A DNA stretch of 64,000 nucleotides from Deltaproteobacteria bacterium (GTDB lineage Bacteria; Desulfobacterota; Desulfobacteria; Desulfobacterales; JAHEIW01), in assembly GCA_024639185.1 (NCBI GenBank), contig JAHEIW010000011.1:976-64975 (forward strand). The letters are read 5' to 3'. The notes beneath the pieces were generated by a model. It was not told where the DNA came from. It was given only the letters and a program-made list of their open reading frames with translations, and did not search any database. Of this stretch, positions 46,668 to 56,320 are shown piece after piece. Numbering within the stretch: the first letter of the stretch is position 1; each line of letters starts with the position of its first letter. The translations under genes were made by a program, and so were the position numbers.

Positions 46668-47307
46668 TCTGCCATGCAGCCGCCGCTGCTTATCATGCCT
46701 TTGGGTTTGAAGGCGCTTACCTCGATAATCCGACCCTTTTCTTGTTCGGCAGCGTCGATTCGCAGCAACCTGAAGCGTTCATACAGCAAAGGCGCCCTTT
46801 ACCTGTCGAGCTTAAAGTCCAGCCGCAACAGCGCAGACCTGCTCAACCAATTCATCGAGATTAAAAACAAAAGCCGTCTGCCCACCTTCCTGTATCTGAT
46901 CCAGCGATTGTAATCCGACCCCACTGCCTCATCGTATGCATGACCCTTTGCAGGTGTTGTTGGTAAAGGCTGCGGTATTCAATTCTTTGGCTCCTGTTCA
47001 GCTAAAAGTAGTAAAGAATAAAATTTAAGGATCTATTCATCGGTCGAGTGTAAGTTTTAAGTATTTAAAATAATTAGATAATAGTTTTTTTTTTGAGAAG
47101 CGGTAGACAAAACCGGATACAGGCATTACTTTTTTCCATCAAATTTTTTATGCTTATTTAAAAGTTTCAATGTTCAAATTAAAATTTAAATAATCTGTGC
47201 ATCTACATCAGTACATGAAATAATATTTTTTTGATATCCGTAGTATTAACCGTACAAGCACAATTTGCTGCTTGTCCCGAAAGCGAACATGATAAGGAGG
47301 TCCAACC

Positions 47308-48399
47308 ATGTACTTCAAATCTAGCGTTGTTCCAATGGTCATAGGTATTATGCTGGTCGGTATATTTGCCAGCACGATTCCGGCCGCAGAGGTTATTACG
47401 GAAAAAGATATTGTTGAAAAAGTGGTTCAGAAAAAAGATTTTATCAAAACCGCTGACAACTTTATCATTATGTTTGATTCTTCAAGCTCAATGAAAGAAT
47501 TTATTAACAAGGGTACCAAGGAAACCAAATATGACGTTGTCAGAAGAATCCTCGCAGAGCGGCAGAGGGTCCTGCCGGATCTGGGTTACAATGCCGGTTT
47601 GTATATCTATACGCCGTTTCAAGAGGTTTACCCCATGGGGCCCTATGATCCGGCAAAGTTTGCCGCAGCTATTGACAGCCTGCCGGCAGAGCCCAAGGGG
47701 CGAACACCCTTACCGGAAGGAATCAGCAAAATCGGGCCGGTACTGGAAAAACTGTCCGGTAAAACCGCCGTGTTCATCTTTAGCGACGGCACTTTCGACC
47801 AGTTGGCAGCTGTCAAAGTACCGGAGGTTCACACCCGGGAATTGGCTGAAAAGCATAACGTCTGTTTCTATATGATCAGCAGCGCATCAACCTGGCAGTC
47901 GGAAAAGCGACTGGGTGATATGGCCAAGGCCAACGCCTGCTCGCGGGTTATTCCCATCGAGGCTTTCGTCAACAATCCGGAATACATGACCGGCGCTCTA
48001 TATGCAGTCAAGGCATCTGCGGTAGTGGAAACAACCACTGAAGCCAGAATTGCCGGCCTCAGAGCGAACGATGGCTTGTTTGATTACAATAAATCCGATA
48101 TCCGCTCGGAGTTTAAAAGTGAGTTGGATGAAGTCGGAACGTTTCTGCAGAATAACCCGGATGCCTATGTTAAGCTGGTTGGTTACACCTGCGATATCGG
48201 CACTGAGGAATACAATCTGGATCTATCCAAACGCAGAGCGGACAGTGCAGCAAATTATCTGATAAATAGCCACAACATTAGTCGAAACCGCATCGTCGTA
48301 AACTATTACGGCGAAGGCAATCCGACTGCGAGCAATGATACCGAAGAGGGCCGGGTAAAAAATCGGCGGGTTGAAATTGCAGTCGGCGGCATAAATTAG
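47308..48399 (+). CDS. vWA-like domain / OmpA-domain envelope protein
   Basis: Good RBS (AAGGAGG). Signal/TM segment. MIDAS-like DSSSSM. C-terminal OmpA motif (YNLDLSKRRADSAANYL...NRRVEI). Confidence 0.8.
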   Translation: MYFKSSVVPMVIGIMLVGIFASTIPAAEVITEKDIVEKVVQKKDFIKTADNFIIMFDSSSSMKEFINKGTKETKYDVVRRILAERQRVLPDLGYNAGLYIYTPFQEVYPMGPYDPAKFAAAIDSLPAEPKGRTPLPEGISKIGPVLEKLSGKTAVFIFSDGTFDQLAAVKVPEVHTRELAEKHNVCFYMISSASTWQSEKRLGDMAKANACSRVIPIEAFVNNPEYMTGALYAVKASAVVETTTEARIAGLRANDGLFDYNKSDIRSEFKSELDEVGTFLQNNPDAYVKLVGYTCDIGTEEYNLDLSKRRADSAANYLINSHNISRNRIVVNYYGEGNPTASNDTEEGRVKNRRVEIAVGGIN

Positions 48400-48417
48400 A
48401 CTTCCATTTACAAACGA

Positions 48418-48449
48418 GGGAGAGGACCCGATCGTCCTCTCCCCTTTTC
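48418..48449 (+). terminator. rho-independent terminator of the vWA-OmpA gene
   Basis: 10-bp GC-rich stem gggagaggac / gtcctctccc with a 6-nt loop, followed by cttttc. Confidence 0.75.
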
Positions 48450-48589
48450 ACACGCTTTTCGCTCTACTTTTCCGCTAGTCTCCCTTATGCACGAGTTTGC
48501 ATCCCGCCGCCCGGGCGGGACTGATGAGTTATGTAGCGACCGATTGCAGGTAACTTGCCGACCTCTCAATTATTCATGGTGAACAGGAA

Positions 48590-49930
48590 TCAAAACTGGG
48601 CCTCTTCGGTTGATCCCTCCAGGGCCTCCACGGAACTCTCACCTTCGGTCACACAGTTCATGACCCGGTCAAAATAGCCGGTGCCCACAAACTTTTGATG
48701 GGTAATGGCCATGTAACCATCGTCTTTGCCATGTGCAAATTCCTGCTGCTGGAATTGGGAATAAGCCTTCATGCCCTCTTTGCGGTAATTGAGCGCCAAC
48801 TCGAACATGCCCAGGTTAAGGGCGTGAAAACCGGCCAGGGTGACAAACTGAAACTTGTATCCCATGGCACCCAGCTCGCGTTGAAAAGTGGCGATTTGAC
48901 TGTCCCCCAGGTTGCCTTTCCAGTTAAAAGAGGGCGAGCAATTATAGGCCAGCAATTTGTCCGGATAATCAGACTTGATGCTTTCGGCAAATCGTTTGGC
49001 CTGTTTAAGATCGGGGGTTGAGGTTTCGCACCACACCAGATCGGCATAGGGGGCGTAGGCCCGGCCGCGGGCAACGGCGGCTTCAACGCCATTTTTTACG
49101 GGATAGAAACCTTCGGAGGTGCGGTTATCATCGATGATAAACGGCCGGTCACGCTCATCGATATTGCTGGTCAGTAAATTGGCGGCATCGGCATCGGTGC
49201 GGGCCACTAATAGGGTCGGCACCCCGCAGACATCGGCTGCCAGACGAGCCGCAAGAAGCTTGGTGATAAACTCCTGGGTGGGCACCAGAACCTTGCCGCC
49301 CAGGTGGCCGCATTTTTTGGCCGAAGCCAGCTGGTCTTCAAAGTGCACCCCGGCCGCACCGGCATGGATCATTTGCTTCATTAATTCAAAGGCATTCAGG
49401 GGCCCGCCGAAGCCGGCTTCTGCATCGGCCACGATGGGCGCAAACCAATAGGGGCCGCGTTTGCGGCCATCGAGCACCTGGATCTGGTCGGCGCGCCGCA
49501 GGGCATTGTTAATCCGCCGCACGACTTCAGGAACGCTGTTGGCCGGATACAGACTCTGGTCGGGATACATTTCACCGGCCAGATTGGCATCCGCCGCCAC
49601 CTGCCAGCCGCTCAGATAAATGGCTTTAAGGCCGGCTTCAACCTGCTGCACGGCCTGGTTGCCGGTCAGCGCACCCAGGGCCGGGATGTAATCCTCGGAT
49701 TTGAGCAAATACCACAGGCGCTTGGCGCCGGCGGTGGCAAAGCTATATTCAACTTTTAACGTTCCGCGCAGCGCCAGTACTTCCTCAGGCGTATACGGCC
49801 GGGCGATGTCATTCCAGCGCGGGTCGTTTTCCCATTCGTCTCGCATGATGGCAGCGTCATCGACGTCGATTTCGTGGCATGAAAGCCTTTCACACAATTC
49901 CATGGCCTTTTCTTCAATGGTTTTTGGCAT
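48590..49930 (-). CDS. aceA: isocitrate lyase
   Basis: 446 aa with the ICL signature KKCGHLGGK and typical flanking sequence. Confidence 0.93.
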   Translation of the reverse strand: MPKTIEEKAMELCERLSCHEIDVDDAAIMRDEWENDPRWNDIARPYTPEEVLALRGTLKVEYSFATAGAKRLWYLLKSEDYIPALGALTGNQAVQQVEAGLKAIYLSGWQVAADANLAGEMYPDQSLYPANSVPEVVRRINNALRRADQIQVLDGRKRGPYWFAPIVADAEAGFGGPLNAFELMKQMIHAGAAGVHFEDQLASAKKCGHLGGKVLVPTQEFITKLLAARLAADVCGVPTLLVARTDADAANLLTSNIDERDRPFIIDDNRTSEGFYPVKNGVEAAVARGRAYAPYADLVWCETSTPDLKQAKRFAESIKSDYPDKLLAYNCSPSFNWKGNLGDSQIATFQRELGAMGYKFQFVTLAGFHALNLGMFELALNYRKEGMKAYSQFQQQEFAHGKDDGYMAITHQKFVGTGYFDRVMNCVTEGESSVEALEGSTEEAQF

Positions 49931-49976
49931 TTTTGTTTTCCTTTCATTAAACCCTTGCCTGAATTCAGGTAAAAAA

Positions 49977-51581
49977 TTAATCTAGATACTTATAGGCCAC
50001 CAGCGTTAAAAATTCTTCCAGCTCTTCGTTGGCAATGATGTCGTCGAAAAGCCGGGCGGCCAGCTCATAATTGCCGGTGGCAAAACGCTCTTCACCAATG
50101 GTTTCTTTAATTTTTTGCAATTCCTCATCCATGACTTCCCGGAACATCTCAAGGGTTACCTTACGGCCGTCGGACAATACCCCGTCGGGATGATGAATCC
50201 ATTGCCATACCTGGGTGCGTGAGATTTCAGCCGTAGCAGCGTCCTCCATCAAGTTGTATATGGGCACGCAGCCCAGACCGCTAAGCCAGTTGGCCATGTA
50301 TTGGATGCCGACATCGATGTTGGTGCGCAGCCCTTCTTCGGTAATGGTGCCTTCGGGCACTTTCAACAGGTCGGCGGTGGTTACGCTGACATCTTCGCGC
50401 AGTTTTTCAATCTGATTGGGCTGCGGCATGATCTTGTCGAATTCATCTCTGGCAATTTGCATCAAGCCCGGATGCGCCACCCAGGTGCCGTCATGGCCAT
50501 CGGTTGCTTCGCGAACTTTGTCTTCCTGCACCTTTTTCAATGCAGCCGTGTTGGCATCCGGATCATTTTTAATCGGGATCTGGGCTGCCATGCCGCCCAG
50601 CGCATGGGTGCCGCGCCGGTGGCAGGTTTGGATGACCAGCAGGGAATAGGCGTGCATGCAATGGCGGGTCATGGTAATTTGAGCGCGATCCGGGAAGAGA
50701 TAGCCCGGCACTTTTTTAAAGCGCTTGATAAAACTGAAGATATAATCCCAGCGGCCGCAATTTAAGCCGGCCATATGCTCTTTGAGCTCGTAGATGATTT
50801 CATCCACCTCGAATGCGGCTAAAATGGTTTCGATCAAGACCGTGGCCTTGATGGTGCCGGTTGGGATGCCGAGTATTTTTTGGGCGCGAACGAAGATATC
50901 ATTCCACAAGCGGGCTTCCAGATGGCTTTCAATTTTCGGCAGATAAAAATAGGGGCCGGACCCTTTGGCCAGCAGGGCTTTGGCATTGTGGAAAAAATAC
51001 AGCCCAAAATCAAATATGCTGCCTGAAATCGGTTCGCCGTCCACGCTGACATGTTTTTCAACCAGGTGCCAGCCGCGCGGTCTGACGATCAGGGTGGCGA
51101 CTTGTGGATTCAGCGCATACTTTTTGCCCTGGGGATTGACAAACGTAATTGTATCGTTGACCGCATCGTGTAGATTGATTTGCCCCTCGATGGTTCCCTT
51201 CCAGGTGGGCGAGTGCGAGTCCTCGAAATCCGCCATATATGTGCTGGCGCCGGAGTTGAGCGCATTGATGATCATTTTGCGGTCCACCGGACCGGTGATT
51301 TCCACCCGCCGATCCTTTAGATCATCCGGAATCGGCGCCACTTTCCAATCGCTTCGACGAATTTCCCGCGTTTCTTCCAAGAAATCGGGCAGCTTGCCGC
51401 CGTCAATTTCGCTCTGTCGCTTTTGACGGTTTTGCAGCAGCAATTTGCGTTGAGACTCGAATTCACGCGCCAGGGTGCCCACGAATTGAAGGGCTTCCGG
51501 TGTCAGAATCTGAGAAAATGCTTCATTAACGGGTCCAAGTACTTCAATACCATCAATCTGGATTGGGCCGCCCATGGTCAT
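49977..51581 (-). CDS. aceB: malate synthase A
   Basis: 534 aa, collinear with AceB-type malate synthase (e.g. ...ADFEDS..., ...[12 protein letters not shown]...). Confidence 0.93.
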   Translation of the reverse strand: MTMGGPIQIDGIEVLGPVNEAFSQILTPEALQFVGTLAREFESQRKLLLQNRQKRQSEIDGGKLPDFLEETREIRRSDWKVAPIPDDLKDRRVEITGPVDRKMIINALNSGASTYMADFEDSHSPTWKGTIEGQINLHDAVNDTITFVNPQGKKYALNPQVATLIVRPRGWHLVEKHVSVDGEPISGSIFDFGLYFFHNAKALLAKGSGPYFYLPKIESHLEARLWNDIFVRAQKILGIPTGTIKATVLIETILAAFEVDEIIYELKEHMAGLNCGRWDYIFSFIKRFKKVPGYLFPDRAQITMTRHCMHAYSLLVIQTCHRRGTHALGGMAAQIPIKNDPDANTAALKKVQEDKVREATDGHDGTWVAHPGLMQIARDEFDKIMPQPNQIEKLREDVSVTTADLLKVPEGTITEEGLRTNIDVGIQYMANWLSGLGCVPIYNLMEDAATAEISRTQVWQWIHHPDGVLSDGRKVTLEMFREVMDEELQKIKETIGEERFATGNYELAARLFDDIIANEELEEFLTLVAYKYLD

Positions 51582-51720
51582 TCCTCCTTTGCAGCGTCTA
51601 TTACTTTGAAGAAAACTGTAAGCTCAAATTGGCTCGAAGTCAACGGCCACCTTTAATTTGAAATTCGTATTTTTGCTTGGGCGATTCATTTATTTTTAGG
51701 ACGATTTATTAGAAGTTATC

Positions 51721-53451
51721 TCAAATAAGCCGTCGGCTTTGGGCGTACGGAAAAATATGGGGCAATTCACCGGCTTTGATGGCCGCCTGGGCCTTGTGCC
51801 AGAAAGCGGCATCCAGCAGATCGGAGTGGTGCTCTAAAAAGATTTGCAATAGATGATCGGGCAGGCCCAGAAAATGTCTAAACTCCTGTGGAAAGACATC
51901 ATTTTCAGCAACGGCATACCAGGGCTCGGAGGCCAGCTCATCATCATAGCTGGACGATTGCGGTATGGTGCGAAAATGGCAGGTCGTCAGGGGGCAAATT
52001 TCATCGTAATCATAGAAAACCACGCGACCGTGACGGGTGACGCCAAAATTTTTAATCAGGATATCACCGGGAAAGATATTGCTGACAGCCAGATCTTTAA
52101 TGGCAGCACCAAAGTCGATCACCGCCTCACGCGCCGCATCGGTTTCTGCCGCTTGCAGGTAAATATTTAACGGTGTCACCCGGCGTTCAACATATGCATA
52201 GGTTATGATCACCTGATCTTTTTCAACTTTTACGCTTTTAGCCGCTTCAGATTGAAGCTGCGCCAGCAAGTCCGGTGAAAAAAAACAAGCATCCAATTTT
52301 AGATATTCAAAATCCTGTGCATCGATCAGTCGACCGGCGCGGTCATGTTCGAACACCAGGCGATATTTTTCCTTAACTTGCTGGTGGGTAACTTTTTTGG
52401 GCCTTCCAAAGCGATCCCGGATGAGTTTAAATACCAGATCATCATCGGGCATGTTAAAAACGATCATGACCAGACCGCTCTCCCCGGGCGATATTTCAAA
52501 GCGCTCCTCGCGGCATTCCGATAGATGAACCAATAGCTCTCGATATAGAACCGTTTTGCCGTGTTTGTTAAAACCGATGGCCGTATACAGCTCGGCAACG
52601 CGCTTATGCGGCAGAATGCTTCCAAGGAAGCCGATCAAATCATCAGGGCTATCCAATGCCACGTGAAAATATGACCGCGTAAAGCTGAATAAAATACTGA
52701 GATCGCTTTCCTGCAGTAAAACAGCATCCACGCTAATGCCCGCATCTGAATTCAACAATGCGATGGCCAGCGGAACCAGATGCTGGCCGCAATAGATGCG
52801 ACCGATGAGATAAGCGCCCATTCCGCGATAAAAAATGTTTTTGGCTATGTCAACGCGATCAATTTCGGCCCGCATATCCATTTTTTGCAGATGCATTTCG
52901 ATTCTGCCGGCCACTCGCGCGGCATCCTGCTCGATGTCTTGAAATTTGGTTGCCAACGGACAATCGGCCAGGATGTCGTCAGTCAGATCCACGACCGATT
53001 TTCTACCTTTGTACGCCCCGTATATTGTTGATATTGCCGAATCAGGGGATGTGGCTCCGTCATCATCGACAAATTCAATTTGCGGGTCGACCCCGACGGT
53101 GGCAAATATGCGCCGCGTGACCGAATTAAAAAAGGTTTCCGCCAGCCCGCGGTCCGGGCGTGGGCTCACCAGACGATCATATGCTGCCTTTAAGAGCGTC
53201 CAGACCTGTTTGTCCTCAATTTGATTGCCCAGCAATCGGCGAATAACGATCTCTATGTTGTCGACTTCCGCCTTATACAAGTCTAATCTGGCGGCGGCAT
53301 CGGCGCGCATACCCTGCCAGTCAAGTTCTTCAAATTTTGATTGGGCTCGCTTGGTGACCTCGTCAAACTGGCTCCGGTAGCTGACAAAGTTCTCCTCGAT
53401 TGCCCTGGCAGCTGTTTTTGCGAGCTGGCTATTGGTTTTGTTTTGCGGCAT
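51721..53451 (-). CDS. aceK: isocitrate dehydrogenase kinase/phosphatase
   Basis: 576 aa. AceK-like throughout (N-terminal regulatory region, C-terminal kinase-like region ...GDILIKNFGVTRHGRVVFYDYDE...). Confidence 0.9.
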   Translation of the reverse strand: MPQNKTNSQLAKTAARAIEENFVSYRSQFDEVTKRAQSKFEELDWQGMRADAAARLDLYKAEVDNIEIVIRRLLGNQIEDKQVWTLLKAAYDRLVSPRPDRGLAETFFNSVTRRIFATVGVDPQIEFVDDDGATSPDSAISTIYGAYKGRKSVVDLTDDILADCPLATKFQDIEQDAARVAGRIEMHLQKMDMRAEIDRVDIAKNIFYRGMGAYLIGRIYCGQHLVPLAIALLNSDAGISVDAVLLQESDLSILFSFTRSYFHVALDSPDDLIGFLGSILPHKRVAELYTAIGFNKHGKTVLYRELLVHLSECREERFEISPGESGLVMIVFNMPDDDLVFKLIRDRFGRPKKVTHQQVKEKYRLVFEHDRAGRLIDAQDFEYLKLDACFFSPDLLAQLQSEAAKSVKVEKDQVIITYAYVERRVTPLNIYLQAAETDAAREAVIDFGAAIKDLAVSNIFPGDILIKNFGVTRHGRVVFYDYDEICPLTTCHFRTIPQSSSYDDELASEPWYAVAENDVFPQEFRHFLGLPDHLLQIFLEHHSDLLDAAFWHKAQAAIKAGELPHIFPYAQSRRLI

Positions 53452-53745
53452 TTTGATAAATAAAAGACAGTTACGAAAAGTGCAGTTCGGTTAGTGTCTT
53501 TCACAATGATCTTTATGACAATCTTAAGTTCATCTGGCAATTTTTTCAACCGAGATTGACGATAATTTGTTGGAAAATGCGGTATGTTCTAATTGGAAGG
53601 ATTCATGGCTATCGATAGGGGGATTTGGATGACATCAATATTGCAAATCAGATAACAGTCATTGCCCAAATATACAAATAGAACGGACGTACCCCTTTTC
53701 CATCCCATTAATTATGTTATGAAATATAGGGAATAGTATACTGGA

Positions 53746-53790
53746 TAACACAGCCATTGGGCGTTAGATGCATTTTTGAGATAGCTTTTA
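53746..53790. repeat. half copy of the family A element
   Basis: taacacagccattgggcgttagatgcatttttgagatagctttta matches the stop-proximal half of the other copies. It ends on the comM stop codon (53788-53790). Confidence 0.75.
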
Positions 53791-55326
53791 TTTGAATTGC
53801 TTGCCACGGTCCAGGTTGCGGTATTGGATGGCTTCGGAGATGTGGGCGGAGCTGATATCTGTTGTTGCGTTGAGATCGGCAATGGTGCGGGCAATTTTGA
53901 GGATGCGGTTATAGGCCCGGGCCGAAAGCCCCAGTTTGTCGATGGCCGATTCCAGCAGACGGCAGGAGGCATCGTCGACCCGGCAATGGCGCTTGATGTG
54001 CCGGCTGCTCATCTGGGCGTTGCAAAAAATTTTAGTGCGTGACAGGCGTTTTGCCTGAATTTCACGGGCAGCGGCGACACGCTGGCGGATGGTTTCAGAG
54101 GCCTCGGCGGCATGATCCTGCATCAAGTCTTTATACGGTACGGCCGGCACTTCCACGTGCATGTCGATACGGTCCAAAAGCGGTCCGGAAATCTTTGAGC
54201 GGTAGCGATGGATTTGCGGATGAGTGCAGCGGCATTCGTGTTTGGGATCGGAAAGATAGCCGCAGGGGCAGGGATTCATAGCGGCCACCAGCATAAAATT
54301 GGCCGGGTAGGTCAGGGTGGACCTGGCCCGCGAAATGGTCACCTGCAAATCCTCAATAGGTTGGCGCAGCACCTCCAGGACGTGTTTCTTAAATTCCGGC
54401 ATTTCATCTAAAAACAGCACCCCGTTGTGCGCCAGGCTCACCTCGCCGGGCCTGGGAATATGACCGCCACCGATCAGACCGGCATCGGAGATGGTGTGGT
54501 GGGGGGCGCGAAATGGTCGGGTAGTCACCAGAGCTTGTCCCTTGGTTAACAGGCCGACAACACTGAATATTTTAGTGGTTTCCAGAGCTTCTTCAAAGGA
54601 TAGGGGGGGCAGGATGGTCGGCAGGCGTTTGGCGAGCATGGTTTTGCCGGATCCCGGCGGGCCGATCATCACCAGATTGTGGCCGCCGGCGGCGGCAATT
54701 TCCAGGGCCCGTTTGGCATGTTCCTGCCCCATGACCTCGGCATAATCAATGGCGGAGTGACTGTCGCTGGTAAATAATTGGTCAATATCGATTGGTTCTG
54801 ATGTGATGCGGGTAAATCCTCTTAAAAATCCCACAATCTCAGACAACGTGTTCGCTGCTAACACTTCGATGCCCTGGACCACTGCGGCTTCTGCTTTATT
54901 TTCAAAAGGCACGATGATGGCCGAATAGCCGGCGGCTTTGGCGGCCAGTGCCATTGGCAGGGATCCTTTGACCGGCTTGATGCGCCCGTCCAATGAGAGC
55001 TCGCCCAATATGAGATAGCAGGAAAGCTGGTCCTGGGGAATAATGCCGGTGGCGGCCAGGATACCCAGCGCGATCGGCAGGTCAAAACCGGTGCCTTCCT
55101 TTTTAATGTCGGCCGGCGCCAGATTAACCGTTATGCGGTCAGCTGGAAACCGATAGCCCGAGTTGTTAACTGCCGATTTGACCCGTTCTTTGCTTTCTTT
55201 GACCGCAGCTTCCGGCAGACCGACCGTTGTGAAGGTCGGCAGTCCGGAAGTGATGTCAACCTCCACCTCAACCGGATAGGCATCGATTCCCAGAACGGCA
55301 CTGCTGAGGACTTTGGCAAGCAACAA
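53788..55326 (-). CDS. comM: YifB/ComM-family Mg-chelatase-like AAA+ ATPase
   Basis: 512 aa. Lon-protease-like N-terminal domain. Walker [10 protein letters not shown]. Cys-rich insert (CPCGY...C.C) and C-terminal domain. Confidence 0.92.
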   Translation of the reverse strand: MLLAKVLSSAVLGIDAYPVEVEVDITSGLPTFTTVGLPEAAVKESKERVKSAVNNSGYRFPADRITVNLAPADIKKEGTGFDLPIALGILAATGIIPQDQLSCYLILGELSLDGRIKPVKGSLPMALAAKAAGYSAIIVPFENKAEAAVVQGIEVLAANTLSEIVGFLRGFTRITSEPIDIDQLFTSDSHSAIDYAEVMGQEHAKRALEIAAAGGHNLVMIGPPGSGKTMLAKRLPTILPPLSFEEALETTKIFSVVGLLTKGQALVTTRPFRAPHHTISDAGLIGGGHIPRPGEVSLAHNGVLFLDEMPEFKKHVLEVLRQPIEDLQVTISRARSTLTYPANFMLVAAMNPCPCGYLSDPKHECRCTHPQIHRYRSKISGPLLDRIDMHVEVPAVPYKDLMQDHAAEASETIRQRVAAAREIQAKRLSRTKIFCNAQMSSRHIKRHCRVDDASCRLLESAIDKLGLSARAYNRILKIARTIADLNATTDISSAHISEAIQYRNLDRGKQFK

Positions 55327-55708
55327 CTTTCTCCCAGGTCTTAAGGTTAACCGGTTTGGCTCTATGACCTACTGTCGACTGCACAAAGCTATAGCAAATC
55401 AAACTGTCGGCGACAATCCTTTTAATGGGTCTTGCGACAATCCTTTGTTAGCATAGACCGATGCAGGCAGTACACGGCCAGGATAACCAAAATCACTTGC
55501 TATTTAGATGGGTTTCGGCTATTTATTACCTAAATCTTGCATGAAAATTAATAAGGGATTCAGATTCAATTTTTAGCATGCGTTCTAACAGGCTGATGTG
55601 AAGTGCCGGGTGAAATGTTAAGCTGCATATTATATGCTCATTTTTTACGACGATGCATTTTCGGATAAAGAGGCAAGCCGCAGATTATAAAATTGATTGT
55701 TTTTTCAG

Positions 55709-56284
55709 ATGATTGTGCTGCTAAAACGGACAAAATCCGTCTTTCTTCTAATTGCGGGATTACTGTTGCTTGCACCCCAGGCTGGCTATGCTCAGGATGC
55801 AACCCTGACGAATATAACGGTCTCCAATACCCAGGATGACCTGCTGCTTTTTTTAAATCTTGAAGGCGCATTCCGCGCAGAGATGAAACAGGCCATTTTA
55901 AGTGGCGCGCCTTCCACATTTTCTTTTTTTGCCAAATTGAATCGTGTCCGCAGTTTATGGTTTGACAAAGATATTGCCGATTTAGAGGTCACCCACACGA
56001 TCGTTTACGATAATCTTAAGAAAGAGTTTACGGTCACACGCTCCTGGAAAGACAATAATCCTGAAGTGACCAAATCATTTGATGAAGCAAAGAGATGGAT
56101 GACAGAAATCGATAGTTTAAAAATTATACCATTAAACAGGCTGGAAAGAGGCGAGCAATACCAACTGAGAGTGAAAGCTGAAGTTAGCAAGAAAACCCTT
56201 CCTCTATATCTGCATTATATTCTGTTTTTTGTGTCTTTATGGGATTTCGAGACGGATTGGTACACCATCGATTTTACTTTTTAA
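55709..56284 (+). CDS. DUF4390-domain periplasmic protein
   Basis: Signal peptide (LLLLAPQAGYA). Sits immediately upstream of the NtrY-like kinase, as is typical for DUF4390. ATG at 55709 preferred. Confidence 0.7.
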   Translation: MIVLLKRTKSVFLLIAGLLLLAPQAGYAQDATLTNITVSNTQDDLLLFLNLEGAFRAEMKQAILSGAPSTFSFFAKLNRVRSLWFDKDIADLEVTHTIVYDNLKKEFTVTRSWKDNNPEVTKSFDEAKRWMTEIDSLKIIPLNRLERGEQYQLRVKAEVSKKTLPLYLHYILFFVSLWDFETDWYTIDFTF

Positions 56285-56320
56285 TCACAGCCTGTTGATG
56301 ATCAACCCACCACGAATGCC

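Noticed and set aside
46664-46913. Two overlapping small ORFs (66 and 79 aa) just after the Cys-motif protein gene, and a minus-strand fragment ending ...FNLDELVEQVCAVAAGL
   Set aside because: They have no start-codon context, RBS or recognisable domain. The frames overlap one another. They could be pseudogene debris, but I cannot support that without a BLASTX search.
48521-48528. CUGAUGAG, the hammerhead ribozyme core motif, next to a small GC hairpin (48502-48520)
   Set aside because: The hairpin precedes the motif rather than following it. There is no downstream stem II, no GAAA/CGAAAC box, and no cleavage-site helix on either side. The match is an 8-mer by chance.
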